A stretch of DNA of 64,000 bases from Candidatus Omnitrophota bacterium (lineage in GTDB: Bacteria; Omnitrophota; Gorgyraeia; Zapsychrales; Fredricksoniimonadaceae), in the NCBI GenBank assembly GCA_013287965.1, contig JABDCU010000003.1, forward strand, positions 4,231-68,230. The letters run 5' to 3'. Positions 51,838-62,700 of this stretch are shown piece after piece; the stretch's first letter is position 1, and each line of letters starts with the position of its first letter. A program made the position numbers and the translations under genes. The notes beneath the pieces are model-generated. The model did no database searches. It was not told the origin of the DNA and saw only the letters and a list, made by a program, of their open reading frames with translations.

Positions 51838-52383
51838 TTAATCCCGGTACTTTTTGTCCTTAAGCATATTGACGATGCGGGGATTTACGGTGCCTCCTAA
51901 TTTCTGTATTTTAATGATGTCTTTCCAAACTTTATCATAATCATTTAATTTAAAATAAGCGCTCATGCGGCTGATATAGGTCCTGACATTATCAGGGTCT
52001 AATTGAATGGACTTGCTGTAGTCAGCAATGGCTTTGGCATATTTTTTCTTATAAAAATAAGCAATGCCGCGCACGTGATAGGCCGCGGCATATTTAGGGT
52101 CAATTTCGATGGCCTTGTCAAGATCAGCAATGGCCAGTTTATACCTTCTCATTTTGATGTAAATAAAGCCCCTGTTGTAATAGGCGTGTGAATAACCAGG
52201 GTCAGCCTGGATGGCTTTAGTGTAATTAAGAATGGCGTCTTTATATTTTGCCTGCCTGCCGCTGACATTACCCAGATGCAGGTATTGCGCTGCTGTTAAC
52301 GGGTGGGCAGCCGGCGGCGGGGTTTGTCCGTATGCCGCCATCGGGGCGGTCAACAGCATCAGGATAAAATAATATTTTTTCAT
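51838..52383 (-). CDS. exported TPR-repeat protein
   Basis: Start set to ATG 52383 (AAAGGAG SD); signal peptide MKKYYFILMLLTAPMAAYG; 4-5 TPR units (AILNYTKAIQADPGYSHAYYNRG...). Confidence 0.75.
   Translation of the reverse strand: MKKYYFILMLLTAPMAAYGQTPPPAAHPLTAAQYLHLGNVSGRQAKYKDAILNYTKAIQADPGYSHAYYNRGFIYIKMRRYKLAIADLDKAIEIDPKYAAAYHVRGIAYFYKKKYAKAIADYSKSIQLDPDNVRTYISRMSAYFKLNDYDKVWKDIIKIQKLGGTVNPRIVNMLKDKKYRD
51840..51863 (+). repeat. 24-nt direct repeat, right copy (true 3' end of TPR gene)
   Basis: Encodes KDKKYRD-stop on the minus strand. Confidence 0.9.
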
Positions 52384-52407
52384 CGCTTGGCTCCTTTGTT
52401 TCAAAAT

Positions 52408-52430
52408 AAGTCAATGTGTCCCGGTTTTTT
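52408..52430 (+). repeat. terminator half-site element abutting the yoeB stop
   Basis: AAGTCAATGTGTCCCGGTTTTTT, no partner arm. Confidence 0.7.
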
Positions 52431-52692
52431 ACTCGTAATGCGACCACATTCTAAGGATTTTAACAGACCTTGACTCATCAAAAACTTGGTAGACCAACCT
52501 ATGTTGAATATTGATCCGGCGTGAATATGTGCCTTTCAAATCATTCATCAATTTTTCATATTTGGGAGGGTTTTGATAGGGATTGTTACGCATGATCTCC
52601 AAAAGTATTTCAGCTTTGTTTTTTAAACCCGCTCTCGCCAATTTTAAAGCGTCTTTTTGGGCATCTTTGGTAAAAACGATTTGCCAAATCAT
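52429..52692 (-). CDS. yoeB: YoeB/Txe-family toxin
   Basis: FTKDAQKDALKL...LKGTYSRRINIQHRLVYQV...ILRMWSHYE; start set to ATG 52692. Confidence 0.85.
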   Translation of the reverse strand: MIWQIVFTKDAQKDALKLARAGLKNKAEILLEIMRNNPYQNPPKYEKLMNDLKGTYSRRINIQHRLVYQVFDESRSVKILRMWSHYE

Positions 52693-52697
52693 GAGCT

Positions 52698-52940
52698 TTA
52701 CCAATTCAATTTTTTGGCGCACTTATTAAGAGGGGTCTTCATGCCTTTTTTAATGGAAGCGGCCATCCCAGGCACGCTCATTAAGTAAACAGTTTCCTGC
52801 AAAGCAGACCAATCTTCTTCAGAGATCAAAACGGCATTATGACGTTTACCGGTGATCTGGATAGGCTCATGCGACGCGGCAGTCTCATCCATTAAACTAT
52901 ACAATTTAGCCCTGGCTTGACTTGCTGTTAATGTTGTCAT
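52698..52940 (-). CDS. yefM: YefM/Phd-family antitoxin
   Basis: MTTLTASQARAKLYSLMDETAASHEPIQITGKRHNAVLISEEDWSALQETVYL. Confidence 0.85.
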   Translation of the reverse strand: MTTLTASQARAKLYSLMDETAASHEPIQITGKRHNAVLISEEDWSALQETVYLMSVPGMAASIKKGMKTPLNKCAKKLNW

Positions 52941-52959
52941 ATCACCACCTCCTGCTTTA

Positions 52960-52988
52960 AGCGTACCATATTACGTACGTTTTGTCAA
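52960..52988 (-). promoter_or_regulatory. promoter/operator of yefM-yoeB
   Basis: Minus strand TTGACA, 17-nt spacer containing GTACG-N7-GTACG, TACGCT. Confidence 0.5.
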
Positions 52989-53067
52989 CGGCTTGACGAA
53001 AAATGGGCAATGTCCTCATCGCCGGATTCGCCAGCTACTTCTTCAAAGATTTGCATGACGCATTTAC

Positions 53068-53096
53068 TTGACATCTTAATCAACAGGTGTTAAATT
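53068..53096 (+). promoter_or_regulatory. promoter of vapBC (leaderless-type)
   Basis: TTGACA (53068-53073), 17 nt, TAAATT (53091-53096); ATG 53102 lies 5 nt after the -10 box. Confidence 0.55.
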
Positions 53097-53101
53097 TAAT
53101 C

Positions 53102-53272
53102 ATGACTACTAAAGCCGCTAAAGCTCTTAAGCATTTATATAAAGCACGTGAATTGGCCAAAACTCTGCCCAATCCTTTTAAAAATATGACTGAAGAACAG
53201 ATCATTGCCAAACTGCGTAAGACGCGTGAAGAACTCTGGCGGGAAAAATATGCGCCTAGTGCTCGACACTAA
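53102..53272 (+). CDS. vapB: putative antitoxin of the PIN toxin
   Basis: 56 aa, MTTKAAKALKHLYKAR...MTEEQIIAKLRKTREELWREKY; overlaps the PIN gene by 23 nt. Confidence 0.55.
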   Translation: MTTKAAKALKHLYKARELAKTLPNPFKNMTEEQIIAKLRKTREELWREKYAPSARH

Positions 53273-53666
53273 TATCTTTGTTTTTGCTTTTTCAGATATA
53301 CCTAAACCATCCTGTCTTGAGCTGATTGAAGCAATTGCTGCTTTATCTCCCAAAGTATCAATCCATATTCCCCGGACAATATTACGAGAAACACGCAGAC
53401 ACTTAAATCCACCCCAGTTCAAAGAATTTGTTCTATTCATACACGAAATGGCCCAAACAGACGAAGATATTATTGTCCCATTCGACACCGGAATTAAATA
53501 CGAACAAATGGGTCTCAAGCCTGCGGACGCGATGATTGGCGCGTATACCGAATGGATTGGAGCCGATGTTCTTGTTTCTGAAAATCGTCATTTTCTATCC
53601 CGCCAGCCTAATCTGCCCTTCAAAGTCCTGACCGCTGAAAAAACATTGAAGTTGCTCAAGAAATAA
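53250..53666 (+). CDS. vapC: PIN-domain toxin
   Basis: MRLVLDTNIFVFAF (first acidic residue), ADAMIGAYT, VSENRHF; start set to ATG 53250. Confidence 0.75.
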   Translation: MRLVLDTNIFVFAFSDIPKPSCLELIEAIAALSPKVSIHIPRTILRETRRHLNPPQFKEFVLFIHEMAQTDEDIIVPFDTGIKYEQMGLKPADAMIGAYTEWIGADVLVSENRHFLSRQPNLPFKVLTAEKTLKLLKK

Positions 53667-53707
53667 CCGATCATAAATTCTTTTTCCTTTCATCGAACGC
53701 GCTGGGC

Positions 53708-53722
53708 CTGTCCCGGTTTTTT
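53708..53722 (+). repeat. degenerate terminator half-site abutting the giant-gene stop
   Basis: CTGTCCCGGTTTTTT. Confidence 0.45.
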
Positions 53723-56700
53723 AGCTCGTGGCGCCTTTGATGACGGCGAATTTGATCACGATGGCCTCTCCCAAGTTGCCGCCGCTCTGATTCGTGACGG
53801 TAATGACGAAGGAACCTGAGGCTTCGGTGTTCGCGTCAGTCGTGTAAGACCCTATGGACCCGCCTGAATCATGCTGGGTATAAACACAGTCTGCCGATGC
53901 CACCGCGGTATCGTTAACGGTAAAACTGACTGATGCCCCGTGGTTTAGCGTCGCATTATTCATGGTAATGGTGCCGGAAGGCGCATTGATGGTCACGGCT
54001 GTTGATTTGTTGGTCAATTGGGTCACGGTCGCGCCCGCCCCCGTTGTATACCCAATGCCCGTAGTGCCGGATGAAAGGATGCCTCCATTGACCTGAAGCG
54101 CCGCGCCCGGCACTGTTGTGCCGATTCCCACATTACCGCCATTTGGATTGATGACCAGAGGATAATGCGCGGTCTGGTCCGTGCTGTTGGTCATCTGGGC
54201 ATAGCCATAATTGCCGCCGTTGGTGCCAAAAAGCATCATGGCCCCGCTGTTTGGCTGCTCAGTCAGACGCAGTGTGCCACCGCCTGCCGACCCGGAAGTG
54301 GCAATGGCACCCGTGGTGCCGCTGACATTAAGCGGCGCGCTGGGCGTCGTGGTGCCGATGCCCACGTTGCTGCCGTTAAAATAAGAATTATTTGCTGCTG
54401 TTGATGAAAGTTGCAAGCCGACACTTCCGGCGCTATTATCCAGATTTACGGTCGCGTTGCCGGAGGCAAGGGTGCTCACAGTAAAAGCCACATTGCCTGT
54501 TGTATGGGTGATCAAGAAATCAAGGGACCCGTTGCTGGCCCCCGCGACCTGTAATTTTCCGGATGCCGGGTTCGCCCCGACGCCCACATTGCCGCCCATG
54601 ACCGTTAATGCCCCGCCCGGCGCCCAGGTGCCTATGCCCACGTTGCCGTTGGTCACAACGAGGCCGCCTTGCGGAGTGCTGGTGCCGATGCCTACATTGC
54701 CGTTTGGAAAATCGACATTGGTGATAGTGGTCGTACTTCGGTTGACCAACAGCCAGTTGGTGGCAATAGAACCTGCATTGTTGAGTGCCCTCATCGTAAA
54801 TTGACTGCTGCTGTTGCCGCCGGCATCCCAAACCCGATTGTCAGCTGAGGCCCCTTGTGCGTCAAATGTCACGCTCGCATTGCTCGCGGCGAGATAAATG
54901 TTGCCCGAGTTTGCCCCGATTATATCGGGACTTCCGTATCCGCTAAGGATCGCGTTTGCCGTTCCTGCCCTCACCTGTCCGTTGACATCCAATTTATAAG
55001 CTGGCACCCAGGTGCCGATGCCCACGTTGCCGCTTTGGGTGATGACTATCCTGTCCGCGGAATTGGACCTGTCGTAAATTTCAAAATTGTCGGCGGTTGT
55101 GTTGACATTCTGCCCTACCTGCCATGTCCGCGAGGTGTTTGCAAACCACAGGTCAGCACCGTTACCGGTGCCGCCGCTTGATTCAATTTTTATCCGGGAA
55201 TTGCTGCCGGCCCCATAGATATCCAAGGGCGCGGTCGGCCCCACCGAGCCGATGCCCACGTTGCCGGCGACCATCCTCATCCACTCCTGCGCGGCCCCGG
55301 CCGGATAACCGCCAAACGCCAAACTGATATTGTCGTTTGACGGGCGGATGGCCTCTATGTACCCACCGTAGTCTGTCACTGAGAAATTGGACCGTGGCGA
55401 AAACACCAGACGGACGGATTGGTTGCTGCCTGTGTTGGCATTTTGGAGATTTGCGGCAACATAGGTCGAGGCGCTTGAACCCCGCACATCCAGCGTTGCC
55501 AACGGCGCGGCTATCCCGATACCGACGTTGCCGTTGGTCACGGCGAGGCCGCCTTGCGGGGTAGCTGTGCCGATGCCCACGTTGCCATTGCTGTCCACCC
55601 TCACCCTTTCACTGCCATTGGTCCAAATACGCGCGAAGTTGCCTGTATCAACAAAGACACCATTAGTAATAGAACTTCCCGCGGTATCTTTGAAGCCTAA
55701 AGTTGAAGTGTCTGAATATAAATATCCGGGAACGGCAGAGGCATCACTGCCTTGAAAAGAAAGCACGGTCCTGGCCGTGTTGCTCCTGACCGCGAGCGCC
55801 ACTGCCGGCGTCCAGGTCCCTATACCCACGTTGCCGTTGGTCACCACGAACCCCCCTTGCGGGGTGCGTGTGCCGATGCCGACGTTGCCCGAGGGACCAT
55901 CGAAATTAGCTATAGGCAAATTTTTACCATTATCAATCTCAAAACTTCTAAAATGTGTCGTTCCATTATTGTAACCAGTATAGTTAAGATACCCTGTATC
56001 ATCCCCGTTATGCCCATAATTAAAATTCAGGGCGTTGGCATTCGATGTATAAATCCCGTAACCTCCTATCACGATATCATTGACTAAAAGACCTATACCA
56101 TTTGCCACCTGTGGAACAACAGCAAGAGCGCTGCTGCCCGGCGCCCAGGTGCCGATACCAACGTTTCCGCTGGTCACGACAAAGGCTCCTTGCGGGGAGC
56201 TTGTTCCGACGCCGACATTGGTGCCGGGGGTGTTGTAGATATTAAAGCCGCTCCAGTTCCAGCCGCCACCAGCGAGATTGGGTTGCCAAGTGGCATTCCC
56301 GTTATTGTCCGAGGTCAGCACATAGCCGTTGCCCGGTGAGTCGGTCATTGTGAAGTCGGTTGTCCGCGTGGTGCCTTGTACATCAAGCCTCTGGCCCGGC
56401 GCGGTCGAGCTGATACCCACGTTGCCGGATTTTATTGTCAACCTATGCGCCCCACCCGTTGTGTCATAAATGGAAAACGCACCCGCACCCGGACCATTAC
56501 CGCTGCCGGTCGAATTAAGACTATATGACGCGCCGCCTGTATCTGTGTTAATCAACGTAACACTGGCCCCATTATTGGCGCCACTGACGCTGCGTACAAT
56601 AAGACCGGTGTTATAGGCTGCTTGACCTGCGATATCCAGCAATCCGCCCGGCGCCCAGGTGCCGATGCCTACGTTGCCGTTGTCAATGATGAAGCCGCCT

Positions 56701-59700
56701 TGCGGGGTGTACGTACCAATACCAACATTACCGTTTGTGTCAAGATACATTCTTGTTGTACCCGCCGTAATAGGATTGCCCCCTTGTGCGTTTGATTGCT
56801 GGAAAGCGATGTCACCAATGTTATGTTGATCAGTTGCAATGCCCCAATTTCTATAAGTTGACGTAGCTTTTGTAGTGTTAAGAGTCAAAGCGGCGCCAGG
56901 ATTGGCACCTGTATCGGTTATTGCAAGAATAGTATCACTACTTGCATCACCTCCGCTAACAACATCAAGCGGATTACTCGGTGCCCAGGTGCCGATACCC
57001 ACATTGCCGTTGGTCACCACAAATCCGCCGCCTTGCGGGGTGGTGGTGCCAACACCCACGTTGCCGCCAGTCGTCATATACATGGCGGTATTCCCATTAG
57101 GCTGAAAAACCAAATCAGCGCCATTGCTGGTGCGGACAGCAGCGCTGGTCGAGGTCAGACCTTCCAATATAATGTTGGCCTGACCGGCGAAATTGCCGGC
57201 AGAAAGATCCCCCCTGACCTCAAGGGTGTGGGACGGCGCTGTCCATGTACCGATGCCCACGTTACCGTTGGTCACGGTGAAGGCGGCCTGCGGTATGAAG
57301 GTGCCGATGCCAACATTACCGTTGGTGTCAATCAAAATACCCGTGGAAGATACCGAATTATTAGAGGCAAGCCATAAATCATTCCCTGAGCCCGCCCTAA
57401 AAATGGTAGATGTGTTGACCGGCAAAGATCCCCACGTCCACAGGCCTTCGTTGGCCGTGGGACCAATATTAATAGTGTCCCGAAAGAGGGATTGGCCATT
57501 AACGTCCAGGATCTTTCCAGGTGTCCAGGTGCCGATGCCCACGTTGCCGACCCTGTTTATGCTCATGGCAGCGGCAGGCACACCGCTGTTGTATGCCTGG
57601 AACTGAAAGCCGGTGCTTTCCTTGGTCCCTGGAACATACACCAGATCAATAGCATCCCCGGTGACAATGCCGCCTGTAAAATACTCATCAACATAATTCT
57701 CTCCGGGCCTGTCAAGCCGGAACTCACTGACCACATGGAGGTTTTGCTGGGGAGTGATGGTGCCGATGCCTATGTTGCCGTTGTCGAAGATCGCTCCGTT
57801 GCCTATTGTTGTGGCGCTGGTGGCTTTGGGCACATAGCCCGTCGTCAATCCGCTGATGGAACCGCTGAGGCCGGTCAAATGCGAGCCGTCGCCGTAATAG
57901 GAACCGCTGACCCGCGCGTCGCCCGTGATGTCCAGCACCTTGCCCGGCGTCACGGACCCGATGCCTACGTTACCACCGTTGGGATTAAAAACAAGCGGAT
58001 AGACAGCTGACAGATCAATCCAATTGCTATTCTGTAACCAGACACCATAAGGAGAAGCCGTATAAGAACCTATATACAGGCTGTTTCCATTAGGAGTTAC
58101 AAATGATGCTGTTCCATTGGGCACGGTCCCTGATGTAGCCGGAGAATTGGAAGTTCCCTGGACCTCAAATTTTAATCGCGGCGCCCAGGTGCCGATGCCA
58201 ACGTTGCCGTTGGTCACGGTGAGGCCGCCTTGTGGGGTGCTGGTGCCCACACCGACGTTGCCGGTAAAGTAACTGTTACCTGAACCGCTAAATGATCCTG
58301 TCAGCGCTGAGATCGGCGCATCACCGGAATTATCCCCTAACCTTACTTGCAGGGTTGTACCGCTTCGGACCAATCCGGGATAAGCATTCGTCGCGCCGCC
58401 AATATCGATTATCAGTCCGGCATTAAGATACAGCCTATTATTGGTTTGCATAATAACGTCCCCGAAACCAGAATCCCCAAAAGCGATATTGTTGGCACTG
58501 ACTGCAATGATAGATTCGTTGGCATTTTCCGCATAGGTGTGGGCATTGAGCGTAAATGCATTGCTTACACGCAGGTCACCGGCAGTCGCCACGCTCGTGC
58601 CAACGCCGATATTGCCTTGCACCAGCAGACCATTTGTCGGGGCGGCGGTTAATCCTGCATAGGTGGCTCCGATCGCCATGCTGCCATTGACATCCAGCTT
58701 ATTTACCGGCGCCGTGGTGCCGATGCCGACGTTGCCGCTTTGTAATATTTGCATTGCAGCTCCTACAGTTGCAGGCAAAAATTCTATCCCGGAAGTCCAG
58801 CCGCCGGATGAGCCAACTTGTAATAATGACGAGCTAACCCCTGTAATTTCATACCAATTATTGCCGCCTATAAGTCCATTGTTTCCGTCTAATTTTATAT
58901 CTCCGTTCACATCTAATTTTGACGTTGGTCCCACCGAGCCGATGCCTACGTTGCCGCCGTTAAGGATGGTAACTTCAGCACTGGAATGGCCGAATTGAAG
59001 CGGATATGTGCCTGCGGCACCGATTATTGTTGAATAGGGCGAATCGCCATTAATAAAGCTGGCTGGAGTGCTTCCTTCTATTCCAAAAAACGCGGAACCT
59101 CCTGTATTGTCAAGCCTGTAACGCGCCCGGTTTGTACCTGTTGTGGATAAAAGGTCTATTGCCCCTATAGTGCCTACTACATCAAGTTGCGATCCGGTTG
59201 ACACCCATGTGCCGATGCCCACAAGGCCGTTGGTCACGACAAAGGCGGCCTGCGGGGTCGTGGTGCCTATACCCACATTGCCGCCGGTGTCAAACATGGA
59301 GCCGTTGCCTATTGTTGTAGCACCGGTGGCTTTGGGCACATACCCCGATGTCAGTCCACTGACCGATCCGGCGGGCCATGACGAATTGCAAACATGGCCC
59401 AGGCATATGGAGCCGGAGCCGACGTCCAAGGTGCCCCCCGGAGACGTGGATCCGATACCCACAGAACCGGTAGCGAAATTGTACTGGCTTGCACTAAATT
59501 CTACGGGTTCAAAGGTGGTGTTCGCATCGTTGAGAATGAAGACATCCGTTGTCGGCGAGCCAAGCTCAGACCCGCCACCTACCGCAAATTCCTCATTTGT
59601 GCCGCCGCGCACGTTGAATTTGGCGATCGGATTTATCGTCCCGATGCCCACACTGCCGCCGTCTGATGCCAAAAAGATATTCCTGTAAGCGACACCCTGG

Positions 59701-62700
59701 CTGACCGCGTTAATGCTAAAATAATTACCTGTTGTGTTATAGGAAGTGTATGCTCCGCTTCCGCTGGGAGTATGTACCGGACCCCAGTCTATTTCCGGAT
59801 TAGAAGCACCATCCACTTCCAATTTTGCCCCCGGCGCCCATGTGCCGATGCCCACGTTGCCGTTAGTTACGATGAGGCCGCCCTGCGGGGTCGTGGTGCC
59901 GATGCCAATGTTGCCATTGGTTTGTATAGTCAATCTGTTATTACCCGCGGAAGTAGGGTCTGCGTTGCTGGTAATCTTGAATTTCTCGCCATCCTGGTTG
60001 TCAAGTCCTGACGACCAGCTTTGCTGTCCGGGGCTGGTGTATACTGTCGCGGCATAACCCGCGCCGCCGCCCCCTGTTTCGAGCTGTAAGGCGCTATAAG
60101 CTGACGATGTGTTGTTGAGATTATGTAATAATATGATCATTCCTGTTGAATCTGATTTGTCCATTTCAATATCATACCCTGGCGCCCAGGTGCCGATGCC
60201 GACGTTGCCGTTCATCACTATGAAACCGGCTTGCGGGGTGGTGGTGCCGATGCCGATGTTGCCGCCGGTGTCAAAGATGGAGCCGTTGCCTATAGTTGTA
60301 GCACCGGTGGCTTTGGGCACATATCCCGTTGTCAGGCCACTGATGGAACCGCTGATGCCGGTCAAATGCGAGCCGTCGCCGTAATAGGAGCCGCTGACCC
60401 GCTCCGAGCCTTGGATGTCGAGATTTTGACCCGGCGTTAAGGAATTAATGCCGACGTTGCCCGCGGAATCAATCATCATTCTGTAAGCAGATCTGGCCAA
60501 ATCATAAAATGCCAAGCCATGACTGCCTGCAGCCCCATCGGCCTGGATATACCAACTTTCACCGGTGTCTTTCACATTAATCCCGGCACCGGTCGTATTT
60601 GTTGACATGAATCTTCCATAAACATTCCCTGTGCCCGACACATCAAGCAGTTTCCCCGGAACGAAGGTCCCGATGCCCACGTTGCCGGTGCTAAAACTGT
60701 AAACTTTTCCGGATGGAACAGTGAAAGCTATATTATTCGTAAGTGCATTGATATTAAAATCGTTATTGCTTCCAGTAAGAGAACCGATAGAAACTCCGCT
60801 TCTGGTAAAATCTTCAAATGATGCGCCGGTTTGAGTCAGAGACAGCAAAGATGACGGCAATGTAGTGCCTATGCCCACGTTGCCGCTTCCATCGATTGTT
60901 TGTCTTACCGCGCCGGTTGTGAGGAATTGCACAGGCACGTTGTCTTTATCACCAAAATAAATAGCGCTGTTTGCTATCGCCGTACCGGAAAAAGGGTTGG
61001 CTCCGGCAGAGCTGGCAGCTCCCCAATAAGCGTCAGTTGCAGATGTTCCAATATGAAAATAACCGCCATTTGTCGCTGTTGATGAATTACCAAATATTTG
61101 ACCTGAACCAACTGTTGATACTAATCCACCGCTAAGCGTAATCCCTCCAGCCACCTCTAATTTATTAACAGGGCCCACCGTGCCGATGCCCACGTTGCCG
61201 GCGCTGTCAATAGTCATTCGGACGGCATTATTAGTAGCCACCTGTAACGGATATGCACTGGCTTGAGTTCCAATAATACTCGCGTAAGGTGAAGTCCCAG
61301 TGACCAAAACGCCCCCAGCACTGCTTTCTACCCCCAAGACCAATGTTCCACCGGTGTTTGTTTCCTGTATCCCGACACGATTGGTCCCTGTTGTTGATCT
61401 TAAGGCAAAATCTCCTTCCGATGCTCGTATGTCTACAGGATATTGTGTCACCCAGGTGCCGATACCCACATTACCGTTAGTCACGACAAAGGCGGCCTGC
61501 GGGGTCGTCGTCCCAACACCCACGTTGCCTTTAAAATAAGCCCCACCGCTGCTGCCGTCAATGCTCGCCAGTACGGAGTTTTGCGCCCCGTTTTGCACCA
61601 GCAAGCCGTAATTATTGGTGCCGAAGTTTGGCTGGCCAAGAATAAGCAGTGAGGCAGCATTAGTTACCGATCCTCCGCCGCTCTTACTGCCTGAGACGCC
61701 GTTGGCGGCAATGGTCGCGAAGTTGGTAGCCGAGCCGCCGGTCGTATTGATGCTTGGATAAGCGTAGATACCAAAAGAATTGGTCAGGGCCGTGGAAGCG
61801 GTAAGAGTATTGGACACGGTGAGGCCACCGGTATTGTTGTTCGTCGTCCCTTCGATGCTAATCCCAGCGCCGCCGAAGATGGTCAATTGTGAGTCAGGCG
61901 TTGTCGTGCCGATGCCCACGTTGCCGCCGTTGGGATTTAACAATAAAGCATAATTGGTATTCAAAGCACGCATGTCCGTACTTTGCAGCCACGTCGCATT
62001 GGTCCCCGCTGAATCCCCTATGTCTAAAACGACGTCACCAGAGGCCCTGGAATCCCTGAATCTTGCAACACCTCCTGTCTGTGCTGTTCCTGAGTTGGCA
62101 GGTAATCCATAGGCAGCGCCCAAAATTTCCAATTTCATTACCGGCGTCGAGGTGCTGATGCCGACGTTGGTGCCGTCGTCGTATACAATTGAATTGGTCA
62201 GTGTCGTGGCGCTGGCGGCTTTGACGTGGTAATTAGTTGTCAGGCCGCTGACAGTGCCGCTGATGCCGGTCAGGTGTGAGCCGTCGCCGTAGAATGCACC
62301 GCCGTTGCTGGCGCGGATATCCCCATTCACGTCTAAGGCCTTGCCAGGATTGATTGTCGCAATGCCCACATTGCCGCCGCTGCCTAAAATGGTAAGCATA
62401 GTGCTGGTGCTATTGTCTATTGTCAGTTTACCGCCGCCGGCACCGGCATTATTATTCGTGCTGTTGATGTTCCATGGGAGCCCTCCCGTGCCGGAATTGT
62501 TGAGAGTCAGGGAAGAGTTGTTTCCGGTGGTCGTGACGCGAAGATTGGTGGCATTGCCGGTACCATTGATATCGAGCTGATAGGAAGGGATTGTCGAGCC
62601 GATGCCCACGTTACCGGCGGTATCAAAAGTCATCCTGGCCGTGCTGTTCGTGAACAGTTGAAGTGGCGTGCTGTTCCAACTTCCGACGGCAGACGCATAC

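Larger units (their letters stand above)
50959..51839 (-). mobile_element. RAYT/IS200-like Y1-transposase unit bounded by 24-nt direct repeats
   Basis: Contains its own promoter module (P3), leader, transposase gene and a hairpin element at each end. Confidence 0.5.
32475..53720. other. AT-rich accessory island (R-M, toxin-antitoxin, nucleases, Y1 transposase, repeat-delimited cassettes)
   Basis: Abrupt change of gene orientation, gene content and base composition relative to both flanks (spot counts of single 60-nt lines: 19/60 G+C at 34021 vs 33/60 at 16501 and 40/60 at 54601). Confidence 0.6.
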
